Assembly: GCA_010909165.1 (NCBI GenBank)
Contig: MU008199.1
Location: 390,248-454,247, forward strand
Reading direction: 5' to 3'
Origin: Anthoceros angustus
Lineage: Eukaryota; Plantae; Anthocerotophyta
Length of the DNA stretch: 64,000 nt
Shown here piece by piece: positions 1-13,086 of the stretch. Every line of letters begins with the position of its first letter. Position 1 is the stretch's first letter. Under the pieces are notes generated by a model. That model saw only the letters and a program-made list of their open reading frames with translations, was not told the DNA's origin and ran no database searches. Made by a program: the position numbers and the translations under genes.

Positions 1-18
1 CACAACATGCTCAGACTC

Positions 19-459
19 CTAATATTCCTGAGCCATAAGAGCGACAAACATACTGGGCATCTCTCGGACTTGGTCATGGCATGCTTCAGTCACGTCCGTA
101 TCATCATGTATTAGATTTCTGCTTAAACCGTTTGCATTCAAATGAATTTTTCCTGCCCTATGCACAATCTCTATGTCATATTCTGACAGTAGCAAAGCCC
201 ACCTTGCTAGTTTCCGGCTGAGTTTCATGTTTGTCATGAGCCAGTGTAGGGGCTGGTGATCTGTCATCAATTGAAACCGTCTTCCAAACAGATACACACG
301 AAAATGCAACGTTGCCCAAACTACAGCCAGGCACTCACCCTCGTAGGACAAATAATTGGCCTCTGCTAAATTGTTGGACCTACTCGCATATGCCACAACA
401 TGCTCCTCTCCTTGTTCTGTCACTTGAGAAAGCACGGCTCCAATCCCCGCAATGCTCAA
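19..459 (-). mobile_element. Ty3/gypsy retrotransposon pol fragment, RNase H domain
   Basis: ORF contains VVAYASRS..AEANY..YEGECLAVVWA..HFRVYL.GRRF.L.TDHQPL.WL...KLARWALLLSEYD.EIVHRAG, the typical gypsy RT-RNaseH signature. Confidence 0.9.
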
Positions 460-1582
460 TCTGTGTGTAAGACAAATGGTCTCTCAAAATCTGGTCGAGC
501 CTTTCTGCGAGCTGACCTTTCAGCTCCAGCCATGCTGCTTCATGCTCCAACTCCCACTGCCAAGCCATGCCTGTGAAGGCATTGATGCAAGTAGCTCGAG
601 ATTGGAAGAATGCAAGAAGTGCCCGATGTATCAAACATGCGAAAACGGTGAGGAAATTGCACGCACTGCTGAATGACGTAGAGATGATAGACGATCCGGA
701 CTTGATGCCTTTCCAAGACAGGCGCAGGGAACAATTCCTGGAAGAGAATTCCACCCTAAAACGCACCCGAGTAAGCCTATCACGGAAGGTCACAGCGATT
801 GAGAGCCCTATGGTTGATGAGGCAGAGGAAAATGTGCAAGCATGTGGTAATGAAATATTCCATTGTCCCTCCATTTCCAGCCCTAGCTGGTCCTCCTCGT
901 TACATCATTTCTGTTTACTTCCAAGATTTGCAGGATTGGCGTAGTAGGCTTGACACACAGGTGAAGACATACCGCCAGATAAGACACAACTGCCGCGACA
1001 ACAAATTGTCTTGCAAGATCTGCCTTGGACTGTGCTGCGCACTTGAACCGTGGTCATGCATTTGTCTTAAGGAACTCGGGGATCTTTGGAATAATCTCAA
1101 CTCCGAGGTGACCATTGTCCATTCGTTGTAATTGATATATTATCCCGTTGTAAAAACGACCATTGTAAACACCAAGTCTTATTTGTAAAAACACGCTTCG
1201 TTGTAAAAGCATGCATTGTAAAGCATCCCCAGTTGTAATTTTTTGTTCCGTAGTAAAACACCCCCCAGTTGTAATTTCTCGCTCCATAGTAAAACAATAT
1301 CTCACCGTTGTAGCAGATGACATTATAAAGCACTAACTCCTGGCATAATTTCTCGTTCTCGTTCCCTCCGCATAGGAGATTGTGATCTTCACATCACTAT
1401 TAAAACTTCCTAATTTAAAGTCCTTCCCAATAAAGAAGATAGTCAATACCATTTCAAGACTTTCCAAATTCCAACTTCATGTCCAAATAAAGAAGCGATC
1501 ATGTCTTTAAAAAAATTAAGAGAATTATGAATACTTCAATCCAGGTTGATCAGACAAATGAAAGAACTTTAAATCCTTCAAT

Positions 1583-2670
1583 CTAAGTTGATAACCCAAC
1601 CCTATCTTTGGCAAGTTGCTCTCTCATGTCGGATGAGCTCACTTTTCCTGTACCATCTTTTGCCACTAAATCTACCACCTCGACCTGCAACATAGCAATA
1701 GAATCTTACTAAAAATTAAATAATAGTTATAAAATGAAAATATTATTATTATTTCGTATAAACAATACCATGAACCCGCATTGAACTAACCTTCAATTGA
1801 GCCAATCCTTTTTCTGCCCTCTTCCTATTTACGGCTAAACCTCCACCAAGAGTCTCCTTACTTCAGTAAGATATATGATACAACCACTCTCAATGTAAAA
1901 AATGTGATTGGATAACTAAATAAACAAAAGAGTAACCAAGAATCTGATCCATACAAACTTAATAATTAAAAAGTGACTAACCAAATAAATAATAACTAAC
2001 CTCACCACTATGGCCTTCAAACCGTCATCGACAATAGAAGGACCATAAGGATCTGTGATTGGTTCCGTTTCAACTTGTAGGCCAGGTTTGATTGACTGCA
2101 TAAAAATCAACATGTAAAATTTAAAAACACATAAAATTCAAATTTATTATTTTAATAATATAAAATATTTCAATCAAATAAAAGCCTGGACTGAAAGGTA
2201 CGGCAGATCATGCCAACAAGAGTTTTTGAAAACACAATACGTAAGCTGTTGCACCTTAATAAAATCTGCGACCGCTTTGCTTCTCACCTCGAAAGGCTGT
2301 ATTAAATGAGAGAGCTGTGAAGTCAACCAAAAAACGCTAAATGAATTCACAATGCATGCAACAATGATTCAGCAAACATCAAAGAATGATGAAACAAACC
2401 TACCTTCTTCTTAGTGAGCATAGGACCAATGCAAATGCCAACTACAATCCGTTTCGTGGCGAGCTCAGCAGCTGCCTAATGACAGTGAAGCACACAAACA
2501 CAATCAAGTCTTAAATCCAGACACTCACATCCCACAAAGCAAAATAACTTACTTGTTCGAACAAGATAAGCCTACCCTAAACGAGAAAAAACCTGCAGCA
2601 GAACTTTGTGGCCTGCGTGCAGGCGGTCGAAGGTACCTCCAAGTACCACAGCATCATAGGTATTAGCCAT
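1583..2670 (-). CDS. COAD: Phosphopantetheine adenylyltransferase (CoaD/PPAT), about 6 exons
   Basis: Spliced minus-strand exons read [26 protein letters not shown] / [23 protein letters not shown] / [20 protein letters not shown] / [31 protein letters not shown] / [23 protein letters not shown] / [16 protein letters not shown]. HxGH and KVSS motifs are present. Exon boundaries are approximate. Confidence 0.92.
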
Positions 2671-3409
2671 AAGCACTGTCTGCCAGCCATGATGCATTCA
2701 GAGGAATCTACAAGTCAGATAAGAAAGTGCCGCAAGCGAGATCCTGCCAAAGGAGCAATCCTGCTTAGGAATGCACACAGGGTCAGATACTAAAGTGCCT
2801 CAAGAGAAATCCTGCCAAAAAGAGGAATTCACCCGAGGAATGCACACAACAAAAAAAAGGCAACAGCTTGTCCTACGAAATTCGGCCCATCTTTACCACG
2901 GAGAGCAAACCAGGCTAGCAAGGAGTTGTAAGGTAACATTAGAGGCAGAGAGAGCTCAGGGAATAAGAAACCAAGATCAGCAAAGCAGCAGAAGTAAAAG
3001 GACTGAACAAACGGCAGTGCAGTGCGGACCGTGAGTAACTTGCGCCTTCCAGCTAGATTGTGTGTTAGAATCTGGACACCCTCATCTGCAGAGCAAAGAC
3101 GCCGTGAGAACGAGCAGTGCGCAGCACAACCGAGTCGAAACAACTTGCATCCGATTCCCCCTGAGACGGTGAAGCACGTACATACCTGTGGAGTGAGGGC
3201 CTCAGGTGCACGGCGTCTAATTAACCATGTTTCTAGGAGTCACGGGGCACGGGTGGCCGTGGTGCCTCAGCTAGAGTGGCCGCTACTTTGCTTCCTTCAA
3301 CTTTTCCACAAAACAAACCCTGTAATTGCGGTTTCGAGATTTTTAAGCTGTATCGCACCATGCTGCTTTTTCTTCCAGATAGGAGGAGGACGCCAAAAAC
3401 GCAGAAACG

Positions 3410-4432
3410 ATGGCAGCAGCGATGGCCATGGCTTGCGGCAGCAGGGCGCTTGCGACAGCTGTGCCCTTTTCCGCCTCCAAGCCACTGCTGCGTGTGGCGG
3501 AGCGGGCCTCTCAAACCGCGTCGTTTGTGCCCCGAGCGGCCAAGAGCGAAGGCGTGGAACCGGACTTGTTTGAAGGGGAGCGCGATCCCTGGATAACTCT
3601 CGGGGAGGACGAGGTGAGCTGAGAACGTCTGCTGTGGTGAACAAGCTGAGCTGAATTTGCTCAGGCCTCCCTCTCAGTGCTGGGCACGGTGGTGGGTGTG
3701 ACTCTTTTCGACATCCCGCGGTTTGAGAGTTTATTGTCTGCCCTTGTTTGAGTGATTCAGGAGTTGTATTTCCCCTACGGAAAGGCTGATGGAGCACACA
3801 CCTGGCACAAGGGCGACGATGGTGTGTTCTTCGCGTAACCACAATCTCCCGAGCAGTTTGTCCGTCTGTGTTGATCCGGAGGTATTGAGCTGGTCTCCCA
3901 ATGGTGTGGCAGGGACATTTTGGGAGGGCATTGTTGAGGTCTTCGAATCCTCAGGCGGTCCTGTTGGTGTCCAAGGTACTTAGTTTTTAGTTTTTGCTAC
4001 AGGGTGTGATGAGCTGATGTTGTGGAGCATGCTAGCTTTTCTGTCTGCCTGTATGCCATTGTATCCAATTGTTTATTCTCGCTGGTGCAGCTGGTGAGAA
4101 CAACATTTTGACATTTTTCTCATGTAGGCACAATCTCGTGGCTATATCCCTTTGGAGTGTTCGCGGCATTGTACGCCAATGCGCCAGTAAAGCTCCTAAC
4201 TCTCATTTGTCTTTCCTATTCACATTTTGGGATCTTGTGTAACCGAGCTTTCTTGCGTTGGATGCAGTCAGAGTTCTACGTGATCTACTCTTCTGTTTTT
4301 GTTTGGCTCTTTATCTCGTTTGAATTTGCGAAGCCAGACCAGCCGTGGAATTTCGAGCCAGACATGTATTACGATGAGGAGTTGCTCAACGGTGCACGGG
4401 AGCCAGAGCGGCCAGTTGAGAATTCAAATTGA
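3410..4432 (+). CDS. Small putative plastid-targeted protein of unknown family (at least 2 exons)
   Basis: Ala/Ser-rich transit-like N-terminus MAAAMAMACGSRALATAVPFSASKPLLRVA ending at donor GAG/GTGAG (~3613). Probable last exon PWNFEPDMYYDEELLNGAREPERPVENSN*. Confidence 0.5.
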
Positions 4433-4449
4433 AAATATTTGTAAAGCAT

Positions 4450-7400
4450 CTATTCGTCGCGAATTATGTCGCTGGTTTTTTGGGCATGTGATTGCAGCTC
4501 ACCACACTGCCGTTTTTCAGTGTTGATGCCCCCCTGGGCACCAGCTGCCTGTCCCGACTTCTTAGTACTGTCGACATGTGTACCGGGCATGGATATGCTA
4601 TGGGGATACGAAACTTTCCAATAGGTTAGCTGCATGTGTGGAATACAGTGTGATAGCCTGAAGTGAAAGGTGAAATTGTATCAATATTGTAAAGTATACC
4701 AGGTCCTAGAATTACAGATAGGTGAAAGGTGGTGGTCGAATGTCTACGGGCATAGCCCTTTGCGACCAGCAACAGATTGAAGTCAGGAAGTCTATGTCCT
4801 CATTCCTGACGGTATATCTGTGGGTGGTCTCTCAAACAGAGGACTGCCACAAAACACGGGTCTAGCGCCAGCAAGCATGTGTAGCACTGACGAAAAAATG
4901 GTGCGGACAATCGCTTGCCTTGGAGCGTTTAGAAAAAAACATATTTCCTGTTCTCTCGTTTCCTTCTGTCCAGCTCCTTCTCCAGGTCAATGATCTTCCT
5001 TTCCAGCTCCTTCCTCTCCTGTTTTTCTCTTTGAATCATGCCCTCCACCAGAGTATTATGTTCGAGCAGATCCATACATTTCTTGCCACTTTTCTTGGCT
5101 TGTAAATTCATTTCAAGGGCTTTATGTCGATGCAACTGAACCTCACGATTTGCCCTTTCTAGTGTTGCGTGAACAACCTACAGCCAATGAAGAATAGTGA
5201 AAGCTGCTTGAGAAGAACAAACATCAGTAGAAAATCTCCTCCTTGCATAAGATCAAAAGGTTCATAACACCCTCCTCCCCACCACCCAGCCACCAATCTT
5301 GTACTGCACCCTCTCTTGTTGCTCCTTCTGTGTCTTCATCTCAGCTGAATCAAGAGTCTTTGCCAGTGCTTTGGCAGTTTGCAGCTGTAAGGATATGGTG
5401 ACGACAGCAGCAAAGCTGACCTAGTCATTGCTTGATACACCTATTGGAGTGCCTAGCTTGGACTCGTGTTATCATTGAGAACAGTGCAGTCTTCATATAC
5501 GTAAGAACCCAGGACATCCTGTCCATCTTGGGGCTTTCACTTGGTGCTTTTCTGAGGCAGCAAAGCTCCTACTAAGCGCCCTGGGCACCCTTGGGGTCAG
5601 ATCAAAATGGTTTTCTTGATCGCTGTGGGCTTCCACTTTTGGCCCGCGGTCGATCCATTTTTAAGCGGTGAGCGGCTACTACTCCTCTCTTGTCACCCCG
5701 CAGCAGTAGCTGCCCATGGTGACATCATGTTGTCAAGATCAGATAATCTCACAGAGACCAACTGGGCTGAGTCATGTCAGGCAGATGACGGTGCTTAGTG
5801 GCCCTTAGAACCTGATAGAACCTGACTGCTTTCAGATGGCATAAGCAGATGGATGGCACAAGCAGATGGTGCTACCAGCTAGAGTTGGGTGATCCATCTG
5901 GATGCACGCTTGTCTTAAGCAGAGGCGGAGGCAGGCTTAGGTCCTTAGTTCTACTAGGTTGCATCCATTAGTGGGCACCATGCTCCGTATACCCTCCAGC
6001 AAGCAGCCTCAATGTCAGCTCCTCCTATAGGAAGAAATGAATCCTTACCGAGATGCAGCTCTCTAGTTGTTGATTTGCAAGTTCCAGCTTCAGGGCCTTG
6101 TCCTTCAACCGAGTCAGCTCTCTGTTCTCACAGCTGATGTCGCTGTGCATGGCTTTGACTTTCTTCACAACTTTGCGAAGCCGGTTGATCTCTTGAGCAA
6201 ATACGTCCCTTTCAAATTCAGTTTCCTGGAGTTTACTCACTTTTTAATGAAGTAATTTATCTGCCACCTTGTGGAATTTCCTGCAATACTTCAGATTGTT
6301 GCCCACTTACTCTGGTACGAGTGACACGAACGTCCCGGTGCAGAAGACATAGCTCCTCGTGTTGGGCATCACAAGTTGCCTGCAAGTCTCCCAACCTTTG
6401 CTTCAATCCTGCAAAACGGCACAACAAACGTGCTTTTGCTCAAGATACATAAGTACTAAATGGTATGGTCGAAACTTTCTCAAAACTTGGTGCGGACATA
6501 CTTCCTAGTGCAAAGTGTGCAACTCCTTCACAGCAAAATGAGGCTATTAATTATTTTTGGATGAGATGTGCTACAACAATTGTATTGTGCATAGTTTTGC
6601 CTGTTTTGAGAACTAGAATCTATTGAGAGTGCAGTTCACTATACTCTATACCATTACAGCTGAAAGGGATGTGTACTTGTCAATGCATATGTGCCTTCTT
6701 GTGAGCCCAAGACAAATCAAATAATAAGCCCTTCCTGTGTTGACAACCAATAGTGCAAGCACTGATAAGTATACAAGTCCGCTTTACTGTGATAATCGCT
6801 CCAAATTGTGATGAATTAGGTGCAGCCTACAACGTACTTTAATGACTCTTAAAAACATGATTATGTTGCAACACATAGGTGCAAGATTCTAATGAAAGAG
6901 AACCTGCAATCTTAGCACGCAACCTCGTTTGGCCACCAGTGCGATGGGCACCATCTGCTGATGCGGACAATTCAAGATCTTCAACATCTTTCTCCAATTT
7001 TCTATGAGACAAAGTGAGCACAAATTGAAAATTTATGAAAGAAAGACATTGCAACACAAGAAATGCATTTGTAAGAGAAAATGTAGTTTCTCAGCTATGT
7101 ACTAAGGTCAAACCTGTTTTCCAAATCAACAGCTGCCGCATGAGTTTTGTATAGCTTAAGTTGATGTTGTCCATCAAGAAGTGCTCTCTTCAAATCTATA
7201 ATTTCTTCTAGTAGGGATTCTTTATCTCGACTTGCTAATACTAATCGGCGAGATAGACCTGGACCAGGAGCTCTTCCCCGTGGCGACGTACATTCAGCCT
7301 CTTGTAACCCAACTTCTCCTAGTGCTAAAAGATGTCCACTTGGTCCAATTGCTCCCGAATTTGACAAGACTTCTCCAGATTTACCACATTCATTCTGGCA

Positions 7401-7496
7401 TCGTCTTTGAGCATTCCTTGATGTAGCAGAAGTACAACATTTATATCTTCCTGGTCCAGCACCATCAGCTACCAATCCTACTTTTGCTAAATCCAT
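4450..7496 (-). CDS. Multi-exon coiled-coil protein, weakly IQCE-like
   Basis: Successive minus-strand heptad-rich segments: DKESLLEEIIDLKRALLDGQHQLKLYKT..ENR / KLEKDVEDLE / KLQETEFERDVFAQEINRLRK / QREKQERKELERKIIDLEKELD. Ends are uncertain. Confidence 0.55.
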
Positions 7497-8528
7497 TAAA
7501 GAAGTTTTACAAATCTATTCCAGATTGATATTCACTTTTGTGTAGTCCTATACAATTGGGTCTACCACATTAATGATCTACTTTGCAAGATTGTATATGA
7601 ACAATTAGACCAAAGAAAATTTCAAGGCCTTTATGTTTTAGAGTACATAGTGCAATGAATAGAACCCAAGGTGGATGATTGCCGTAACGAATGTGAGTGA
7701 GAATCTTTATTGGATGCAATCACTAAGAATAACTATGTACAATTTTTGTAGTGTGGAGGTTTCTCTCACAAAATGATTCAAGTAGTAACAAACAAACATA
7801 GAAGAAACGAGCTTCCCACTCTAAAACACAAACAAAGAGCTTTTATGTACGGGGAGGTGTGGCCTTTCATTTTCATAATCATGTCATCATTGCACCAAGA
7901 GCTATATTTCTTGTTCTTGGATTTTATTTCACTACTTTAAGTTTTAATCTTATGACATGTGGCTTGTGAACATTGGTTTATAAATTGACAAATTGTATAC
8001 AAGAACCAACTGGAATAAAACACGTGGATGGTCACATAAAGAGGTACACAAGAGAGGTAATGACGAAGAAACATGTAGTTGTGACTGATGTTATCTGCTT
8101 AAGAATAGGAGGTACGAGTTCCAGAGCTTCATATATCATGGAAACAATCATTGACCTCCAAAAGACGTCTTATTAAAGAAAATATCTTATTAAAATGGTC
8201 ACCAGGGTTTCTTTAGACAAAATAAATACGAAATTAAATTTATACACCAAATATTTCTATAAGTTATTGGATATAAATCACCTCATATAATAATTTATAG
8301 ATATCATAATAAATAATTTGTATAAGAGACAATCAAGAACCTTGTTTCTCAAATTTTCTTATGTTATGAAGTTCTTCAATCATTTAATTGAGCACAATAA
8401 AAATTGGAGCCCATCCTAGTGCTGCAAAAATAATTACACTATCTTGCAGGCAAGGTCAGGAGGTAATTTTGCAGACATTATGTTCTTCAATTCACTGGCC
8501 TAATTGTGTTTAGAGTCGACGTCTACAC

Positions 8529-9011
8529 TCAAATATGTGACGGCTTGGGCTTGGAAGCGACAGTTCGAGGGTAGGATGCAATGAAGTTAATGGCATCTGC
8601 GCTGCAAACAAACTTCTCCGCTTCTCTATTGGGAATTTCCAGCCCAAATTCTACCTCCAAACCCATGAGCAATTCGATAGTGTCCAAACTATCTAGCCCT
8701 AAATCTCGAGAGAAACGTGCCGTAGGACTGACCTTGTGAGGATCCACTTTCTGCATCGCTTTCACCATTTCAAGAACTCGTTGTGTCACCAGATCCTTGT
8801 CCATATACGTGCCCTTTGCATAGTAAGAGCTCTTGGTTGCCAAGCTTCTACAGGACGTGGATATCACATTCCTTTCAGTCGCAAGTGGCATCACAAATTT
8901 CTCCAGGTGGACATCTGTGGATGCTTTTAGCATTCCCCTTAAGGCGGAGGAAGGTTTGCTGTGGACCATAGACTGCAGAAGAGCTTGAAGAGGTGACATT
9001 CCTGATCCCAC
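8529..9011 (-). CDS. Mitochondrial acyl carrier protein (mtACP/NDUFAB1-like), intronless
   Basis: RVLEMVKAMQKVDPHKVSPTARFSRDLGLDSLDTIELLMGLEVEFGLEIP contains the phosphopantetheine DSL serine. Basic, Ser-rich N-terminal presequence. Confidence 0.85.
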   Translation of the reverse strand: MGSGMSPLQALLQSMVHSKPSSALRGMLKASTDVHLEKFVMPLATERNVISTSCRSLATKSSYYAKGTYMDKDLVTQRVLEMVKAMQKVDPHKVSPTARFSRDLGLDSLDTIELLMGLEVEFGLEIPNREAEKFVCSADAINFIASYPRTVASKPKPSHI

Positions 9012-12000
9012 CGCGTCTACTTTGCCTTAGCCCTAGCTTGCTCCGGTTTCGGACGTCTCGTATGCTTGTAGGTGGAAGTTGGAAAGCCGCATGACGCATT
9101 CTGCCCATGTTTGGCGACCTTGCTCCCCAAGCCTCCCAAGCAACATTTCTAGTTCGCGCTTCCGCTCACGGTCCCTCGCCTTTTTACGCTCTCTACCACC
9201 CTCCGTATGTGCGTTTAATGGAGGCGCATTCATATCTACCCTTCCATATCAATATCATGGGCTAATGGAATTTGAACAAGAGAGGATGACCGTCTTGAGA
9301 ATGAAACAATGAAACCGGATGGGCAGATATGTACATGGATGGATATCTTTACAACATAAGAAAAATAAAAATATTTTTTATTTATCCATTTTTAATTTTA
9401 GAATATTTTAATAGTTTGAACATTTAATTTATTATAAAATCAATAATATTTTTTATCTATTTTATTTAACATTATTTATTTTCTCGGTTACCATACCATA
9501 CCATATCCTACATTTTTTTTAATCTTGGTTAAAGAATTGTTTTTAAAGAATTTAGTTCGTAAAAACATCTTTCTCTATCTTTTTCTTATACTTCTACTCT
9601 TTCTATTTTTAATCTCTTTTAATTAATTTATCATTAATACGATAAATTATCTTTATCTACTCTTTTCTATTTCTATTTCTATTTAGATATATTCGTCGTC
9701 ATTCATATATATTTATCTCTATTTATCTTTCAAATTTGGAAGATTTTTATTTAGGGATAAAAATTGATGGGAAAAGCCCTTCTAGCAGGGAACAACTAAG
9801 AGGGATCCTGAGGGTCAAGATGAAAAGGAGAAGTTACAAAGCTTCTATCGAAAATTACGGACTACGCCTACAATGTCACACGCGGGAAGAGAAAACGGCA
9901 CACAAACTACAGAGGTAGATGAGGATGCATCACCAGCTGTCGCTACTTTGTGAATGATCGTCGTAGAGAGGGCCTATTGAAGAGCAATTTACACTTTCGA
10001 TCTAAAGAATGCCGTAAAATAGGAGAGGGACAGCTGTGGGATACTTTTGCTAGCGGGTCGGCAGGGGGCGGTGCGGTGGTGCACCGCTAGCCGCTAGCAA
10101 AAGTGCACCTATAGCCATCGCCTTTCGCCTAGATAGCCATCACCTTTAGAGGACGGCCCGTTGAAAATATCGAGCGGGTACCCGCACGTGTGCTACTCAG
10201 ACTACTGGATGTCGGGTGATCCACCGAAGTAGCACTCGGCAGAGTGAGTTAGAGTTGCATATGCGGTAGCATCTTGCATCAAGCATATGCTTTATTAACA
10301 ATAAATATGTTTGGTTCACATATGGGCTTATAAAGGATGTTACGAGGAGTGTGTCCTTTCACTAGCTTGCTGATTAACTAACTACCTACTAGCTAAGTCT
10401 AATTTGACTAATATACGTTGGATATAGTCTAGTCGATCTTAACCAATGTGGTCTGCACTATTCCCAACTCCTCTCACACACGTTGAGTTATCTAGAGGGA
10501 GGAGAGTTGGCCGTTTTTGACCGCGCCAGTATTGCTTGACGGGGTCAAAAACGTGCCTCATGTTTTGAAGTTATGGAGCCTGGCAGACAGTGTACGAATT
10601 GGGGTTGGACATATCGCTTCCTTTCATGGAAGAGCCATCTTCATGGACGAAAGAGAGAGAGTGCAGTGCTCGTGAGGTTGAAAGCCACACACAAGGCATC
10701 CAACAAAGCATTGAAAAATGTCGTTCGAAACCTTTGGTGTCAGGAATGCCTTGTCGTGCAAAGCCTACAGTGTAGACAGGTTTGGAACAAGTACCCAAAG
10801 AGGCGCCTTTGCAAGCGTGCGTGGTTGCTCCATCAGATAAGCCCGCACCAACAAAGACCGGCCCATCACGAGTGGATTCGAATCTCTCAATCACACTTGC
10901 ACGCTTTTTGTTGCAATTTGCCAGAGTCCACATTAATCCATACAAAAACGGAACATGATGTTAAACATTATGGTTGCTCGATTGACAGCCTGATCAGCTG
11001 AATGTAAAGCGCACGAGCATCAAATCAGCAAAAAATGGGTCACAAACTCCTTTCATGAACAAAACATGTAGACGTCTTCCCCGCGCTTTAATGTAAAGGA
11101 TGTGCTAAACATCCATTGCTCTACAAGGTGACTATCCAGCTACCTTGGAAGACATGCTTAAACAGTTGATATGAAAACAAAACACACACTCCATTCCAAG
11201 ATTGGCGGCCATACGTTGAGTCACAGATTGATCATAGTACACGCTCCTTTCAAGCCTCAGCTCCACAAGAAGATGATATCTGTAACACGTCTGTAAAGAA
11301 CGTACATAGTTGCAGACTTGCCTCAAGACCTCTGGTGACTATCGCAGCATTCACCTTGCCTCCCTCTTGTAGAGTAGTAGCCTCGAGAAATAGATCTTGA
11401 TCCATGTCTCTACGCTCGCAGCCTGGCCTTTGCAGATCCTTCCCACTCCAGTTGATAGTGCCATCTCCAGCAGTACCCATTGGGTGCTCCATGAGCTACG
11501 TTTTTTAGGGCTACGCCTCGTCATTTACCTGACTATACCATGGATACCTAGCAATGTCGTTAATTGCATATTCAACTTACACATGCATCATGTGGTTACG
11601 AATGATTTACAATGAACCTAATGTTGCCTTATCTATATAGCGCCTAGCTAGCCTAAGCGTTACACTTTAGAGTTAACCCATCCAAATCTTGTTTAAAGCT
11701 AACTTAACCTCTTTAAGCTTTAAACTAGCAAAGCTTTTAACTTTATCTCAGCTTCCTACATAAAACCATGCTTTGAACACGCTTGCTTTGGGCAATAATA
11801 GATAGCACCTACAACCACTGCCAAGACTCTGGTGGAGGCTCGAGCGGAGTAGCCTGACGAAGTATCGAATGGACAGCAGTAGTGGAAGATGCAAGCCTTA
11901 TTTGAGCCTCCCAAGTACTTATTTGAACCCTACCCATGTAGTGCCTCACCCCCAAGGTTGGATTAACTTCCACACACGGGGCAAATAGTATTCCTGATGT

Positions 12001-12507
12001 ACGTGGAAGAAGTGGGCCCCGTACATAACATAACCAAAAAAAAAAAAAAGATGAAACATAGAAAGATAAATAAATACGGATGGCGTGAGGAGCGCGGTGC
12101 TGGAGCACCGTGGTTTGTGCAGGTACCTGTCGCAGGCAGTGGAGGAGGCAGGCGTGCAGGAGGGGCGCGCGGTGGTCGCCCTCGGTGCGTGCAGGAGGGC
12201 TTCCGGGGGAAGTGGCCAGCTCGGCTGCTGGGGCCCCGGGTACGGGGTCCGCGCCGTTGGGGTCTGCCTCCGGGAACGGGGCGTGGCGCGCGGGCCCCTA
12301 CGGCCTCGGTCCTTGTTGCTCTTTTTCTCCCAACAAAAGAGGTGCGTTCGCAGGAAAGCATCGTTTACATTTCCTGTTCGGTAACGAGTGAAACGATGAC
12401 ATCCAACCTCCAACCGTTGCCCAAGCCGTTTGTGCATCTTTTAGGCAACCGGTAAACCGTGAGCAGCACTAGGCACAGGTCACGTCGACGGTTCGAACCT
12501 GCTGGCT

Positions 12508-12873
12508 ATGGCGGACGCCGGAGCTCCAGGCTCGGGGGTGCGGCTTGCAGGCTACGGACGCGGTGTAACTGCAGCGAGCTTGCGTGCGCCGGTGAGTGTG
12601 CGTGCAGGCGTCGCTGCTGTAGCAGGTGGCAGAAGCGAGCGTTTTTTTCCCGAGCCACAAGAGTCGTGGCAGACTTACGCGGGGGCTGCGGCCGGGGTGG
12701 CACCCTTCGTGATTGCGGGAGTGGAGTTCGGCAAGGGCGTAGCGCAGCAGAGACGGTGCCGGATGAGCGGGGGATTGGGGCTGGTGAAGCGCAAGGAATA
12801 CTACTTCCGGTGCAATGGCTGCGGAGGATTCCTCCCGTGGCAGTGCCGGGGTCGTTTCTTATCGGGCCGTTGA
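12508..12873 (+). CDS. DnaJ-like cysteine-rich Zn-finger protein (At1g22630-like), possibly degenerate
   Basis: VAPFVIAGVEFGKGVAQQRRCRMSGGLGLV....YYFRCNGCGGFLPWQ matches the plastid DNAJE family C-terminus (CxxCGGFLPWQ). Confidence 0.7.
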   Translation: MADAGAPGSGVRLAGYGRGVTAASLRAPVSVRAGVAAVAGGRSERFFPEPQESWQTYAGAAAGVAPFVIAGVEFGKGVAQQRRCRMSGGLGLVKRKEYYFRCNGCGGFLPWQCRGRFLSGR

Positions 12874-13086
12874 GCAGACGTGGTTTCACCGTCGCAGGAG
12901 ATTCAAAAGGGTGGGCGGACTGGTTGATCCCGTTTATTGATCAACATATGAACCTACGGTCGAAATTTGGCGACGTTAGTGTTTAGCATCCTTCTTTGCT
13001 ACCTCTAGCGGAAGCCCCCGTGGAATCACCGCATGGCGGTGTCACTCTCCAGCACGTTATCTTCTTTCATCATGGAAAGACCTGCC

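Noticed and set aside
10571-11615. Short ORFs as gag or host genes
   Set aside because: No motif I can support. Probably decayed retroelement DNA.
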